51,367 bases of DNA. Origin: Octopus sinensis (Eukaryota). The notes under the pieces were generated by a model. It was not told the origin of the DNA, searched no databases, and worked only from the letters and a program-made list of their open reading frames with translations. This document shows, piece by piece, positions 12,106 through 24,109 of the stretch (position 1 is the stretch's first letter; the number at the start of each line of letters is the position of its first letter). The translations under genes and the position numbers were made by a program. The stretch is taken from NCBI RefSeq assembly GCF_006345805.1, contig NW_021834014.1, positions 1 to 51,367 of the forward strand. The letters are read 5' to 3'.

Positions 12106-12360
12106 ATGCACAGGCATGGTTGCGTAAAAGAGGCTTACTTTCTGACCACTGGTTGCAGGTTCAGTCCTGCTATGTGACAGCCTTAGATTGATCAAAATCT
12201 TGTGAGGAGATTTGATGCACAGAAGCTGAAAGTAGCCCATCGTATGTGTACATATATGTGTGTATGTGTGTGTGCACACGTGCGTGGGTCTTTTGTTTTG
12301 TGTTGTGTGATAACTGTAAATGATTGTCACTATCACAGAAGCAGTGTCATTCATTTCCAA
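12105..12360 (+). mobile_element. tRNA-derived SINE, degenerate
   Basis: caggcatggttgcg...aggttcagtcc head, then ttgtgaggagatttg body. Confidence 0.6.
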
Positions 12361-12409
12361 TATTCTGCAAGAACATGATAAACAAGTTCTTGCAGAATAT
12401 TGGTCTCAG

Positions 12410-13935
12410 TCTCTTGCCATCTGAAGATCCGTCACCACTTCACCCCACATCTTCCTGAGTCTGCCCCTTCCATATGTTCCTTCCACGATTAGAAATCATC
12501 ACTTCTTTATGCAGCTATCCACCTCCATATGCATAACATGATCATATCAGTGCAGTCTTCCCTCTTTCACACTACAACTGATGCCCCTGAAACCTAGTTT
12601 TTCTCTTAAATCCTTTACTGACATTATCCATCCAGCAGAGCATGCTGGCTTCAATCCTTTCAACCCTTCTCATGTCCTCTGCAGTCACAGCCCATGTTTC
12701 ACTGCCAGGTAACATAGCTGTATGTACACAGGCATAATACAATCTGCTTTTACATTCTTAGTATTTATTGTACCTGCACATTTGCCACACACAAAGACTA
12801 CTTTCATTGTTAGCCTTCCTGTGACACCAATACAGCTCTTATGTGTCCAAAGCTTGCACTGAGTACAACATATGGAGTTTTTACCAACACCCTTCTTACA
12901 TATCCAAGCAAAGCCATTTCTCTGAAGAGACTTGTGATTTGTCTAAGGCCTTTAGATTCCAGACTTTGCTTCCATACCTGAAATTTCCTCTCTAGTTTGG
13001 GTAGTAATTCAGTTATAAAAACAAGATCATCAGCATAGAGGAGCTCCCAAGGGATCTTAAATCCCTCTGTTATTGCTTGGTGGATTATGATAAACAAAAG
13101 GGGGATGAGAACTGATCCTTGGTGAACTCCTACTAAATTCATTGCTATACTCATTATCAACCTTCACCTTACTGACATCATTCTGTACATGTATTGTACA
13201 CTCATCTATCCCTAGCTTTTGCATTGACCAGTAGATAAGGGAGCAGGGGACCCTGACAAAGGTTTTCTATATGTCAACAAAAGTCAAATACAGGTTTATT
13301 CTTGGCTACATGTTTCTCCTACCAGGAAGATAGCATGAGTAGTGCTTCTACCAGGTACAAAACCAAACTGCATCTCATCGAAGCTAACTCTCTTATTAGT
13401 TGAACCTAATTAGTTGAACTATGACCATCCCTGTAACTTTCATCATCTGGTCCACCAATTTGATACCTCTGTAATTGTTTCTATCTAAGGTGTCACCTTT
13501 ACCATTGTAGCAGTTACTGCTACACCAGCCATTGGGTATGACTCCATTGTTGATAACCTGATTAACTCTACAGATAACTAGGCCATATCAGCAGTGATTT
13601 CTGAAGGGCTAGGGGCTTTCTTTGCTTTCATATCTTCAATTGCTTTATCAGTCAAGCTACTGTCTATTTGGATAGCTGGTTCCTCTGTTGGATCCACATT
13701 GGACAGACTCCTCTTCTCACATGTGTTCTCAACATTTAACAGCCTCACATAGTGGAATCTCCAAGTCTCTTTCTTTGCAGAATAACTAACTGCAAATGCA
13801 CTCTTCTCTCCTACAGCATCGCAATTCTCTCTGATACACTGTCTTGCAATCCCAAACACCTCAAGTCCCTGGTCCTCATGCTGCAGAACACCAGCAGACT
13901 TCTTTCTTTCTACTTCTCCTGTGGCTAAATATACC
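12410..13935 (-). mobile_element. Degenerate RTE LINE (RT region)
   Basis: GVHQGSVLIPLLF, WELLYADDL, KKAPSPSEITA; its 5' end lies about 70 bp from the exon donor at 14003. Confidence 0.88.
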
Positions 13936-14003
13936 TAGTATATATTACATATACAGACACATACATATATGCACAGAATAAACAAGCAGACAATGATACA
14001 AAC

Positions 14004-14186
14004 CTGTCAATATAGTCGTCAACTACGACGTCCTTGGAAGTCCCCGTAATACCATCATGGTGCTGAAACAGTGCAATGTTCCGTCGAGCATTAACCAGAC
14101 TCTGCATGAACTCTATGAGAGGGAATTTGATGCCATCATGTATCTTAAGATACCGACTGACCAGAAAGAAAAGGATCTCAGCGCTC
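14004..14186 (-). CDS. MAN2A1: Golgi alpha-mannosidase II exon, 183 bp (QHHDGITG zinc-ligand motif)
   Basis: (R)SAEILFFLVSRYLKIHDGIKFPLIEFMQSLVNARRNIALFQHHDGITGTSKDVVVDDYID(R); acag acceptor, gtttgt donor; phases match both neighbours. Confidence 0.97.
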
Positions 14187-14329
14187 CTGTATAACAGACA
14201 CAATACAAGATATAAAGCACATGCCTGACACCTGACATTTCATAAAAATGCATCCCATGAATGTAAGCTAAATCAAGGCAACTAAAAAAGCAATGTCACA
14301 GCACACACCACCTACAAATGCTATAAAGA

Positions 14330-14613
14330 CAGTGGTTCTCAACCAGGGTCCATATAAAACCAGAGGCCATGCAGCAAAATAGTAAATTAGGGATCTACAA
14401 CAGTATTTTGAAGGCCCCTGAAAGAATTTTGCTTTAGATATATGTATTGGTAAGTATTGCAGAAACAGTTAGGTTTCTTTCTCTAACATTTTACGTAGTT
14501 CAACCGACACAAGTCAATGTGTGAAAAACAAAACTTTGAATGGCTATGGGGGTCCACCAGAATAAAATAGTAATCAAATGTGTCCACAGGTAAAAAATGG
14601 TTGAGAACTCTTA
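14330..14613. mobile_element. Possible hAT-type MITE, old
   Basis: Left end CAGTGGTTCTCAACC, right end GGTTGAGAAC; no clean 8-bp TSD. Confidence 0.4.
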
Positions 14614-16139
14614 CTCTACAGTCACTTGAACTGCTAGAAATAGCAGTCAAATCTTCCTCAAATCACACCCTTTGATCTTAAGTATGTATGTACGAGCTAA
14701 CAGGGGAAACCTCTAAATGGTAGCTAAATATGCTAGAAATAGCAGCCAATCTCCCTGAAATTACAACCTACAGCCTGAATGAAATTCATGGAGTGTTTTT
14801 TTTATTTTTACTTTTTAGAATGTTGGTAATTTAGGAATAGAGAGTAAGAGAGAATGTTCTTAGTGTTTTCATACAGACAAAAAAAGCCATTTCCAGGGTA
14901 ATTCTAGCTCATGAAAATGTTGAAGTTGCTAATAGTTTCAACATCATCTACAAATTATTTTTCAATATATCGTTAGAGGTAAAGATATATATACAGAGGG
15001 TTTGGGCTAACTTTCCTTATTTTTATGTCTCATTTTTTAAAGGAATATTATCATCATCATCATCCTTTCCATGCTGGCATGTGTTGGATGGTTTGAGAGA
15101 AACTGGCTGGACGGAAGACTGCACCAAGCTTCAGTCTCTGTTTTTGCATGGTTTATATGACTAGATGCCCTTCCTAACACCAATCATCCCAGAGAGTGGA
15201 CTGAGAGCTTTCTACATGGCACCAGCATAGGCGAGGTCAGTTCTGGCATGATTTTTACAGCTGGATGCCCTTCCAAATGCCAACCACTTTACAATATATA
15301 CTGGATGCTTTTTACATGGTATCAGCATTGGTATGGGCATCAAGTAACTTGCAAGACAAAGATCTTTTGAGAGGGGAGAGAGCATTGGAGGGGGGTGATC
15401 TTGTGCCAGATTATGAAAGGTTAGAGTGTGAAAGAGAGATAGAAAGAGGTGACTTGCTAAAGAGATACATGGTTACTTGGCCAGAGGTGGGAAGTGATCA
15501 AGAATGAGGACAGAAACAGGTGTGTGGCTGTAGAGGAGATACATGGTTAACCAGTGAGAGGGAGAGAGAAAGAGAGAGAGAGCAGAGGAGAGATGGTGGA
15601 GAAGTGCCAGGGCATACTGAGAAGGAAGTGGAATCAGAATATAGATGGGATGGTAGAAACAGAGCAAGAGAGAGATAGATGGTGGTGAAGTGCTATGGCA
15701 TACCGTCAAGGTATGGGGTTCAGAATATAAATGGTAAGGTATTGCCAAAGGTGCATGAGTAGGAATGTAAGGAGTGTGGGGTGGGGAATGCAGTGACTGT
15801 TGAAAACTGGGTATATAGAGGGAGTGGGAGATGACAGGATTGGGGAGTGAGAGATAAGCATAACATAGGAAATGGGAGGAAGTGAAGAGATGTGGTTTGG
15901 TTTGCTGAGGTAAAGTGTGTGAAAAGTGGTTCTTTTTTTGTTAGCTTGATGTGTTGGTGGACAGTGTTGGTGAGCATAAAGATTAAAGAGGTGAGAAAAG
16001 TTAGTTGAGATGGAGGACTGATGATGATTGATGCTGGGTGTCAAAATGCCAACATCCTGACTCTGTCCAATGCTCTGTGAACACTTCATAGGCTATGAGA
16101 TATGGCATGGACAGCTGCAGCAAAAGCTACAAAGTGAGC

Positions 16140-16620
16140 AGGAAGGACACAGTAGGCATTGTGACATGTCCGCATGTTGAATTTCATCCAGCAACTGGGG
16201 AACAGGGGATTAGGATTAATTTAGACAGCTATGTGAAGCTGCTGAGACTGTAGTCAAACTCTGGCTGTAGGGGACTGCTGCTGAAAGGCATGTGTGTGGC
16301 AGTAGGATTCAGCTCCTTGCCTTGACTCTGGAAAAAGTCAGAAGTGGCTGTTGGAGAATTTGTATGGCTTCACCGGCCCCACTTTTTGGCCTCTGAATTT
16401 CTCCAGTTGTAATCCTAAGGATTATTATGTATGAGGTGTCATTGAGAAAGGCATCTACCACTCTGTCTGCAACACCTGGCCCGAGCTTGGGCCAAGATCA
16501 AAGAGGTTTTCAAAGATCTTTCAAGGACACAATAAGGAATGCATGTGCGAGGTTCCAGAGTTATCTAGAGGCTGTGACAGAAGCTGCAGGTAGCTAATTT
16601 GGGTAAAATGTTACTTCCTA
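16140..16620 (+). mobile_element. maT-like transposase C-terminal remnant
   Basis: Frameshifted translation YVKLL..VVKLW, WQ*DSAPC, SQKWLLEN, FWPLNFSSCNPKDYYV*G. Confidence 0.65.
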
Positions 16621-16727
16621 GCCATAATGTACTTTGATTTTCTTTAGAATATCTTTATCTTTGGATGGGGATATTGTTTTCTTTTCCTTATATGCAAACT
16701 GCCAAATTAGCCCAAACACCCTGTATA

Positions 16728-17012
16728 TACATCATCATCATCATTTAACGTCTGTTGTCCATGCTGGCATGGTTGGATGGTTTGACTGGGCTGGCATACT
16801 GGAAGACTGTGCCAGGCTCCAGTCTGATTTGGTATGGTTTTCTATGGCTGGATGCCTTTCCTAACATCAACCACTCTGAGAGCATAATGGGTGCTTTCAC
16901 CACTGGCATAGGTACCATTTGCATGACACCGGTATCTGCCACAACTGCGATTTTGCTCAGTTTGATGGATCTTCTTTTCAAGCACAACATAATGCCAAAG
17001 GTTTTGGTCAGT
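16728..17012 (-). mobile_element. RTE 3' tail fragment
   Basis: (CAT)n-ttaacgtctg...ccttcctaacatcaaccactc, the tail shared by all RTE copies. Confidence 0.85.
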
Positions 17013-17290
17013 GCCTCCATGAGGCCCAACACTCAAAAGGAACTCAGCCACTTTGCCTGCATGTGGCCCAAAGCTTGAAAGGAACTCAGCCACTTTGCCT
17101 GCATGTGGCCCAAAGCTTGAAAGGAACTCAGCCACTTTGCCTGCATGTGGCCCAAAGCTTGAAAGGAACTCAGCCACTTTGCCTCCAAGAAGCCCAATAC
17201 TCAAAAGGAACTCAGCCACTTTGCCTCCAAGAAGCCCAATACTCAAAAGGAACTCAGCCACTTTGCCTCTGTGAAGCCCAATGTTCAAAG
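17013..17290. repeat. 42-bp minisatellite, about 6.5 units
   Basis: GGAACTCAGCCACTTTGCCT recurs at 17039, 17081, 17123, 17165, 17207 and 17249. Confidence 0.97.
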
Positions 17291-17378
17291 GTTGAATTTT
17301 TTATGTGCCACCAGTACAGGTGCACTTGGCTTGATGAATCCTCTTAAGCAGAGCACATTGCCAAAGGTATCGATCAGA

Positions 17379-17813
17379 AGACAACAAATGCAGAGGCATA
17401 TCAAGCATCTCAAGTCATATACATTATTTTATATTATTCTTGAATTAGTTGAGGTCTTACAGATGTTTCTGAGATGTCCCAAATGATAGGTGAGTATGCC
17501 TGAATATGGGGCATTCCATCATCAGAGACAAGTAAAGAACATATGAAAGATCTTTATTTCCTTACTCTCTATTTCTATTTCATTGCTTATTATCTGCAAA
17601 TTTTCCATGTCTAGATTTTATCTGAATATTTCCGTGTCTAGATCTTTCCTATGTTCTCTACTTGTCTCTGATGACAGAGTACCCCACATTCAGCATCACT
17701 TGCCTACCACTTGGGATATCCAGAAACAGCTGTAACACCTCAACTAATTTCAGAATAATATAAAATAATGTATATGACTTGAGATGCTTGTTGTGCCTCA
17801 GCATTCGTTGTCT
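17379..17813. repeat. Old inverted repeat (about 175-bp arms, about 87-bp spacer), probable decayed PLE pseudo-LTR
   Basis: 17379-17553 matches the reverse complement of 17640-17813; CTGATGA at 17668 without an intact GAAA. Confidence 0.8.
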
Positions 17814-18625
17814 CTTTCACAAATATATATCTGCTAAATCAACAATGTAAAATGGTTACGTGCTTGGAACCCTGATAATCTATTACATCATTTACTCAGC
17901 ATACCTATTTGTTTATTTGTTTAGATCACAAGTGAACCCCATATTCTATATATATATATATATATATACACATACACACACATACATATATATACATACA
18001 TACACACATATATATTTACACACACACACACACACACAATTTTTGTATTTGTTTGCAAGATCCTTGATGTGCAATTGTATGTTGGAAGAAATGTTGAAAT
18101 AATGTCCATATACATGTATGAAGTAGATCACTAAACAGTTGCTAAAACTGACACAATGTATGCCAAAAATCTCTCAAATCACACCCTTTTGTCTTATGTA
18201 TACATATATGTACATTTAAACAACCCAGGGAGATAAAATGACTTGATAGAAAAGGTAGTCAAAGCTCCCTCAAATCAAACCTACTGTCTTATGCATGTCT
18301 ACAATTGCCAAAAAAGGTAGTTGGAACTAATAGAAATAGCAGCCAAATCTCCTTTGACGCAAACACAACTTTCTTAAAAAAGTAAAAGGTATATCAAAAT
18401 GATGAGAAAGTCATTTATAGAGTGCATTTGGTCAAAGGTCTGCTCAATAAAGACTGAACTGTGGCTAAACACCAACAGCTAGTTACAACTGGTCAGATGA
18501 TGAGTCAATGAGAATCCTGTATATGGACTTTTGAAGGGCTAAAGCTAAATCTCCCTCAACTTACATTTTACAATCTTAAAAAAAGCAAGGACACAATAAA
18601 TTACATAAATTCTGTATCTTGTTAA

Positions 18626-18830
18626 CCCTTTAGTATTTGAGCCAATCATATCCAGTGCAAATATTTGTTTTACATTCTAATTGGTCAGATTTGGCTTCTC
18701 ACACCAACCCTACAATGTCATTCTAAAAATGAATAACTGCATCATTGAACTCTCAAAGCTACATGATTAATTCAACTCAATGTAAATAAATAAGCATTAC
18801 ATTTGACAGAGCAATCTGAATGCTAAAGGG
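18626..18830. mobile_element. 205-bp piggyBac-type MITE
   Basis: TTAA on both sides; TIR CCCTTTAGTATT / AATGCTAAAGGG (11 of 12 match). Confidence 0.85.
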
Positions 18831-18952
18831 TTAAGGGATGAAATGGTCATAGCCATTAATGCCTTTGGTCCTAGGTTTGCTTGATTCATTTGACCTTGGA
18901 CTAAACATCAACAACCAATTATAACCAGTTGGATGGCAAGTATTCGGCTTAC

Positions 18953-19155
18953 CGCAGCTGGTGTTCCATCTCTCGGTCAAGAACCTTCTGGAAGGGGCGC
19001 GAGGTATAGTAGCCACTCCAGTAGTGGTCATCTCGATCAGCATAGGTGAAGAAATCGCCTGACAGTGAAGGTATGTTTGGGGGAGGATCCCCAGGTGCAA
19101 TTTTATGCTTCTTGTAGATTGCATTGAAATAGTCAGACAAAGTTCCAAACTTAAT
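18953..19155 (-). CDS. MAN2A1: Golgi alpha-mannosidase II exon, 203 bp
   Basis: [67 protein letters not shown](R); ccag acceptor, gtaag donor; conserved [17 protein letters not shown]. Confidence 0.97.
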
Positions 19156-20164
19156 CTGGAATAAAACAAAAAGCAAACATAAAAATATAGAAATAAATAA
19201 TCAAAACTAAAAGTAAACAAAAACTCATCTAGACAAATAATATAAATATATTAAAAAACAAAAATACAATTACATAAACATAAACAAAAATTTATGTTTC
19301 ATTGGTTTGATGAAGGATCCAGATTTTAACTGTTTTTCTTGAAGCTAATTAGAAGACAAAACAGCAGGTAATATGGGGGGGGGTGCATAATTATTGTAGC
19401 TTTTTTTCAACAAAGTTTATTCAACAAAAACAATAACAACATGTAACCAAAACATCTTGAATTGATTATTCCGGAGCATATTCACCATCTACTCCAATTA
19501 CTGCTTCTCATGAGCTTGGCAGAAGTGTGTGTGTATGAGAGAGAGAGAGGGAGAGAGTGTGTGTGCTTGTGTGTGTATGTGAGAAAGAGATATTCAGTTC
19601 TAAGTCAGACTTGATCCAATATATACATACAGTTCAAAGTCACAATATTGTGTATACCATGTTTTTCTTTACCGACTTCAGATAGTAAGGTATTATTTGA
19701 GATAATAAGGTATTATTTGCAGCTATTTCTAAGTGGTCGAACTACAATCTAAAGGCATTCACTGTTGGATCTCTCTCACACACACACACTCTCACTCTCT
19801 CTCTCTCGATATTTGTATTTGACTTGCAAGATTCTTAAAATGTGGAATCATGTGTTGAAACAGATGCTGTATCTTTTTTTTTGGGGTGGATTTCTAATAA
19901 GAAACACACCCATTAATACTAGTTAATTTAATTGTTTATTCAACTACTTAATCAATTAACTGCTTGATCAATCAATTAATCGGCTAATTGTTTAGAATCT
20001 CTTTGTCATGCTCCCATTACTCCAGACCTGGCTCAGTCCTTCCTTTATATTCAGAAATCTATTACAGAAAATTAAACCTCCTTGTAATCTACTACTTTTT
20101 ATTGTATTTTATCTTTTTTATTATTGTTCTGCTGTTGTCTTACTGTAGAAATATATATTTATAT

Positions 20165-20385
20165 ATATAGTTAATCCAAACAAGAAAACACAAAAAAACA
20201 CAACAACGCGAGGATGTGGAACAAATATAGTATTATTGGACGCTCAGGAAAGAAGGGAAGAAGGAGGGTTTAACGTTTCGAGCGGAGCTCTTCGTCGGAA
20301 ACATAGGAGAAGGAAAGATCCTGAGAAAGGAAGACAGAGGGAAAAAAATCGCCAACGGTACACACGAGGTCACACATATATATAT
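20165..20385 (-). mobile_element. Solo PLE-type pseudo-LTR between (TA)n tracts
   Basis: Contains the hammerhead at 20268-20302; (TA)n on both flanks; CpG-rich, so probably young. Confidence 0.65.
20268..20302 (-). ncRNA. Minimal (dimer-type) hammerhead motif, U4C variant
   Basis: GUUU-CCGACGA-A-GAGC UCC GCUC-GAAA-CG-UU-AAAC; stem III is the ACGU palindrome. Confidence 0.7.
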
Positions 20386-20395
20386 ATATACAGTA

Positions 20396-21730
20396 GTGAA
20401 GGCACATGGCTTAGTGGTTGGAGTAATTGGTTCACAATCATTAGATCGTGAGTTCAATTCCCTGCGGCACGTTATGTCCTTGAGCAAGACACTTCACTTC
20501 ATGATGCTCCAGTCCACTCAGCTGGCAAAAATGAGTTGTATCTGTAATCCAAATGTCTGATCTTGTCACATTCTGTGTCAGACTGAATCTCCTTGAGAAC
20601 TACATTAACCCTTTCGTTACCAAACCGCCCGAAAAAAATTTTGGTTAATGTGACCAAGCCGCCCAAAACCACCCGAATTTACCTATTCATATTTAAATGA
20701 GAATATCAGAGCAAATCTCTTTAGTACATTCGTGAAAACACGTATTATACTTCGTAAAGAGTTCAACTACAGTTTTGTACAAAAATCGAAGTGTAATTTT
20801 AATTCCGTGAATTTTGGGAGATTTTTTTCCAAAATTTGTTCCTATTGTGTTTTCAAAATTTGTAATTCTGACAAAAAATGGATACGAATTTCATTATATC
20901 AAGCAGCGAGTCAGAATTCGAAGCATTTTCTACTGAAGACCTTCATAAATCTAACTCTATGACTGAAAAAAAAAGCATGTGGTATTTGATAATGAATCTG
21001 ATGTTTCATTTTCCGAAAGTGAAAACAGTGAATCCGAGAGTTCCGACAGCGATAAAGAAAATGAATTGGCACCTGAATGGAGTGAAAATTTAAAAACTGT
21101 TTCTTTCGGTGATTTTTCTGAAGAAACTGGACCAAGCCACAGACTTTCCCAGAAGAGTAAAGCCTTAGACTATTTCTTTTTACTTTTTCGAATGAGCCTA
21201 TTTGAAATCATTACGGCGGAAACGAACTGTTACGCTAAATGTAAACAAAACGATAGTTAGTGGTTTCCCATAACCTTAAATGAAATTAAGACTATTTTGC
21301 CATAAATATTATTATGGGTATCAGAAAGTTACCCAGAATAACAAATTCTATCGTAAAATTTTGTATACCCAATTGAATATTTGCTAATAACCCATTTTCT
21401 ATAGCGATGTTTGAACAAAATTTTAATAATTTTATATTTTGTTGAATTTACCTGTATCTACCTGCAATTAGAGTCACTTTGTGACAAAAATTATAGTATA
21501 GAATTGGTTGAGAACATTTCATTAAATTATCTTCCAAAAATCACATTAATATATTGATGAATAAAAAAGTTATAGTTGTTTAATGAAACCAGACTAAATT
21601 TATGATTACGTTAGAAATTAATTGAAACACATAAGGGGTGTATTATGGTCAGAAATATAGTAACGAAAGGGTTAAGGGTACATGTGTCTGTGGAGTGCTC
21701 AGCCACTTGCGTGTTAAATTCATGAGAACA
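20396..21730 (+). mobile_element. tRNA-derived SINE (second family) split by a piggyBac insertion
   Basis: Head tggcttagtggt...gagttcaattcc; halves gagaactacaTTAA and TTAAgggtacatg rejoin to match the uninterrupted copy at 43515-43820. Confidence 0.85.
20609..21671 (+). mobile_element. Internally deleted piggyBac transposon (1063 bp)
   Basis: TTAA TSDs at 20605-20608 and 21672-21675; perfect 12-bp TIR CCCTTTCGTTAC; acidic N-terminus then FSEETGP..ALDYFFLLF..LFEIITAETNCYA. Confidence 0.92.
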
Positions 21731-22759
21731 CTATTCTCCAGATGTTGAGTTTGACAGTGGAGATGACAAAGGATTGAGATGACTGGTGATTTGCTGTGCC
21801 CGAGAAGACCTCTCCATCTCAGCATAAATGAAAGCCCAAAATCAAATCCCTTATGCCTATAGCCTCAGCACCCAATCCGTCCTAAACCTGTCTCTTCCCT
21901 ACAACACATCTAAATACCCACTCTAACATCACTCTTCTGACTAGAGCAAAACAGAACATATTTCATCCTCCACCATTTTGTGCTCCCACTCACCCTCCCC
22001 AACACCATTTACTCTGTTTCTTGCATCCTCAATATCATCTCTTACTTACCATTATATTTTCTGTTAAATGCCCCTTTCACTTCCAGTCTTCTCCTTCACA
22101 CCCTCTCATTCCATCAATGGCAGCCCCCACTACTGATGTTCATCTCCCACTATTTCCACCCCTTTCTACCTCTCACCTTGTCTCTGGCACCTACCATCTC
22201 TCACCTACCACCCACACTCCACATCCATTTATGCTGCTACTTATCCCAATCCTATTTCCTCCATTTTTTCCCCTCCACCACTGACCACACCTCTGCTCCT
22301 CATTCACTGCATTTTCCACTGTCCCCATCTCCATTCATGCTCTTGCAAACCCAATCACCCTGTCTAATCCTCTGGACCACTTTCCTGTTCCCCATTCCTG
22401 TAACTTAAACATACACCTTGACACCTCTTCACAAACTTCTCTCCTTTACTAACAGCAAAACACTTATTTCTCTCTCTCTCTATCATACCTTAACTTCTTA
22501 TTACGGGACAGAAATCCACCTCCCTCAATACTATACCCACCCACCCTCAGTTCAGAGGACTTGTCTTGAGAGTTATTTAGTGACGTCACTTGAACAGGGT
22601 CCATGTGAAAAGCAGCCAGTATGCATAAGGAAAGGCTTCCAGTCACAGAAACCATGCCACAAAGCAGACATCGGAACATAGCACAGTCCTTTGGCTCATC
22701 AACACCTATCAAACTGACCAACCAATGTTATATGATGTTGATGATGATACACACACAAA

Positions 22760-22811
22760 TATATTTACATTTATGTATGTGTGTGTGTGTGTGCATGCGT
22801 GTGTGTGTGTG

Positions 22812-22850
<39 letters not shown>

Positions 22851-23050
22851 ATGCGTGTGTGTGTGTGCATGTGTGTTTCTGTTTGCATTTGTCCCTCATC
22901 ATCACTTGACAACCATTGTTAGTTTATTTAACTTAACAGTTTGGAAAAAAGAGACTGATAAAATGAGTACTACACTTAGAAAAAATAAGTACTGAGTTGA
23001 TTTTCTTGACTAAATTATTCAAAGCAGTGCCCCAGCATGGTCACAATCCA
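22760..23050 (+). mobile_element. SINE 3' half with TG microsatellite
   Basis: gcatttgtccc...cttgacaacc...aaaataagtact...gccccagcatgg. Confidence 0.7.
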
Positions 23051-23065
23051 AAAAAGATGATCTAT

Positions 23066-23220
23066 ATATATGAATAAATACATGGAGTTTAACGCAGGTG
23101 TAAATCAAATATTTTTACTTTCGACACGTTTCGAAAATTCCGCTGTTACTATTTAAAAGAATAAACGGTATAAACAATGCAATCTTCTCTTCAAGGTAAA
23201 AATACACTCATCTATTTTTA
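23066..23220 (-). mobile_element. PLE-type pseudo-LTR fragment with a truncated hammerhead-like fold
   Basis: Minus strand: UUGAAGA-GAAGAUU..AAUUUUC-GAAA-CGUG-UC|GAAAGUAAAAAUA; same family as 49440-49830. Confidence 0.55.
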
Positions 23221-23352
23221 TATATATATATATATACATATATCAATCATGTGTGTATAAATGTAAACAAACAAATATTTGTTTTTTTATTTGAAGCATT
23301 GAAATGTGTATTATATGATACAAATAAGATGATGATATTTTTTTGAACACAA

Positions 23353-23760
23353 GAGTTGCCATTACAACAGAAGAAATACTGGGTGAATTAAGCTTACAAG
23401 GTAGAAAAATTTGTCAACAACCACCCATGGGACCCAAACCCTTATCCCTCAAAGACTCCAGCTGAGTGCTTTATCATTAAGCTAAATTGCCCACTGACAA
23501 ATTCATCTGATTAATTAGACACTAAATACTTTAGCTTTATAGAACAACCATGTGTATAAAAGTAAACAAATATTTCAATACTTCTAGGAAAAAAAAGTTT
23601 GTTTACATTTATTAATCAACAAGCAGTTTAGCTTAGTGGTAAAGCACTCAGTTGGAGTCTTTGAGGGATAAGGGCTCGAGTCCCATGGCTGGTTGTTGAC
23701 AAATTTTTGTGCCTTGTAAGGGGAATTTACCCAGTATTTCTGCTGTTCTAACAGCAACTC
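23353..23760. repeat. Inverted pair of tRNA-like units (138-bp arms, 132-bp spacer)
   Basis: 23353-23490 versus 23623-23760; A box tagcttagtggt and B box gggctcgagtccc in the right arm. Confidence 0.85.
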
Positions 23761-23790
23761 TGCGTTAAAATAAAATAATTTTATTTGTAC

Positions 23791-23824
<34 letters not shown>

Positions 23825-23924
23825 TCACACACATATCTGATATTTACAGAAAGCAAAAGATGAAGACAGGTGTAGGAACAATAAGCAGGTGTATTAGTTT
23901 AATGCTCAGGAAAAATGGGAAAGT

Positions 23925-23960
23925 CTTTTGTGTTTCAAGCATATGCTCTTCATCAGAAAG
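23925..23960 (-). ncRNA. Decayed minimal hammerhead motif
   Basis: CUUU-CUGAUGA-A-GAGC AUAU GCUU-GAAA-C-ACA-AAAG; cleavage triplet mutated (GU to AC). Confidence 0.45.
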
Positions 23961-24109
23961 GATTAAGAGGGAAAAAATGGACAGAGAATGAAAGGGAAAA
24001 AAAGAGATAGAGGCAAGTATGCGGCTAAACAAATATATTAAATATAGTAAATAGATCAAATACAAAATGTCTACATGCAAAAATGAGAGAAAGCAAAAGG
24101 TGGAAGGTT

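Noticed and set aside
16842-17347. 142-148 aa ORFs on both strands with 14-aa repeats
   Set aside because: Explained by the 42-bp minisatellite; no splice signals or protein homology recognised
21740-22720. Long pyrimidine-rich stretch with 87-142 aa ORFs (similar skewed stretch at 15360-16100)
   Set aside because: Low-complexity sequence leading into a degenerate RTE-like tail; probably old retroelement UTR, family not assignable
23623-23700. Functional tRNA gene
   Set aside because: A/B boxes are present but the anticodon and acceptor stems do not pair
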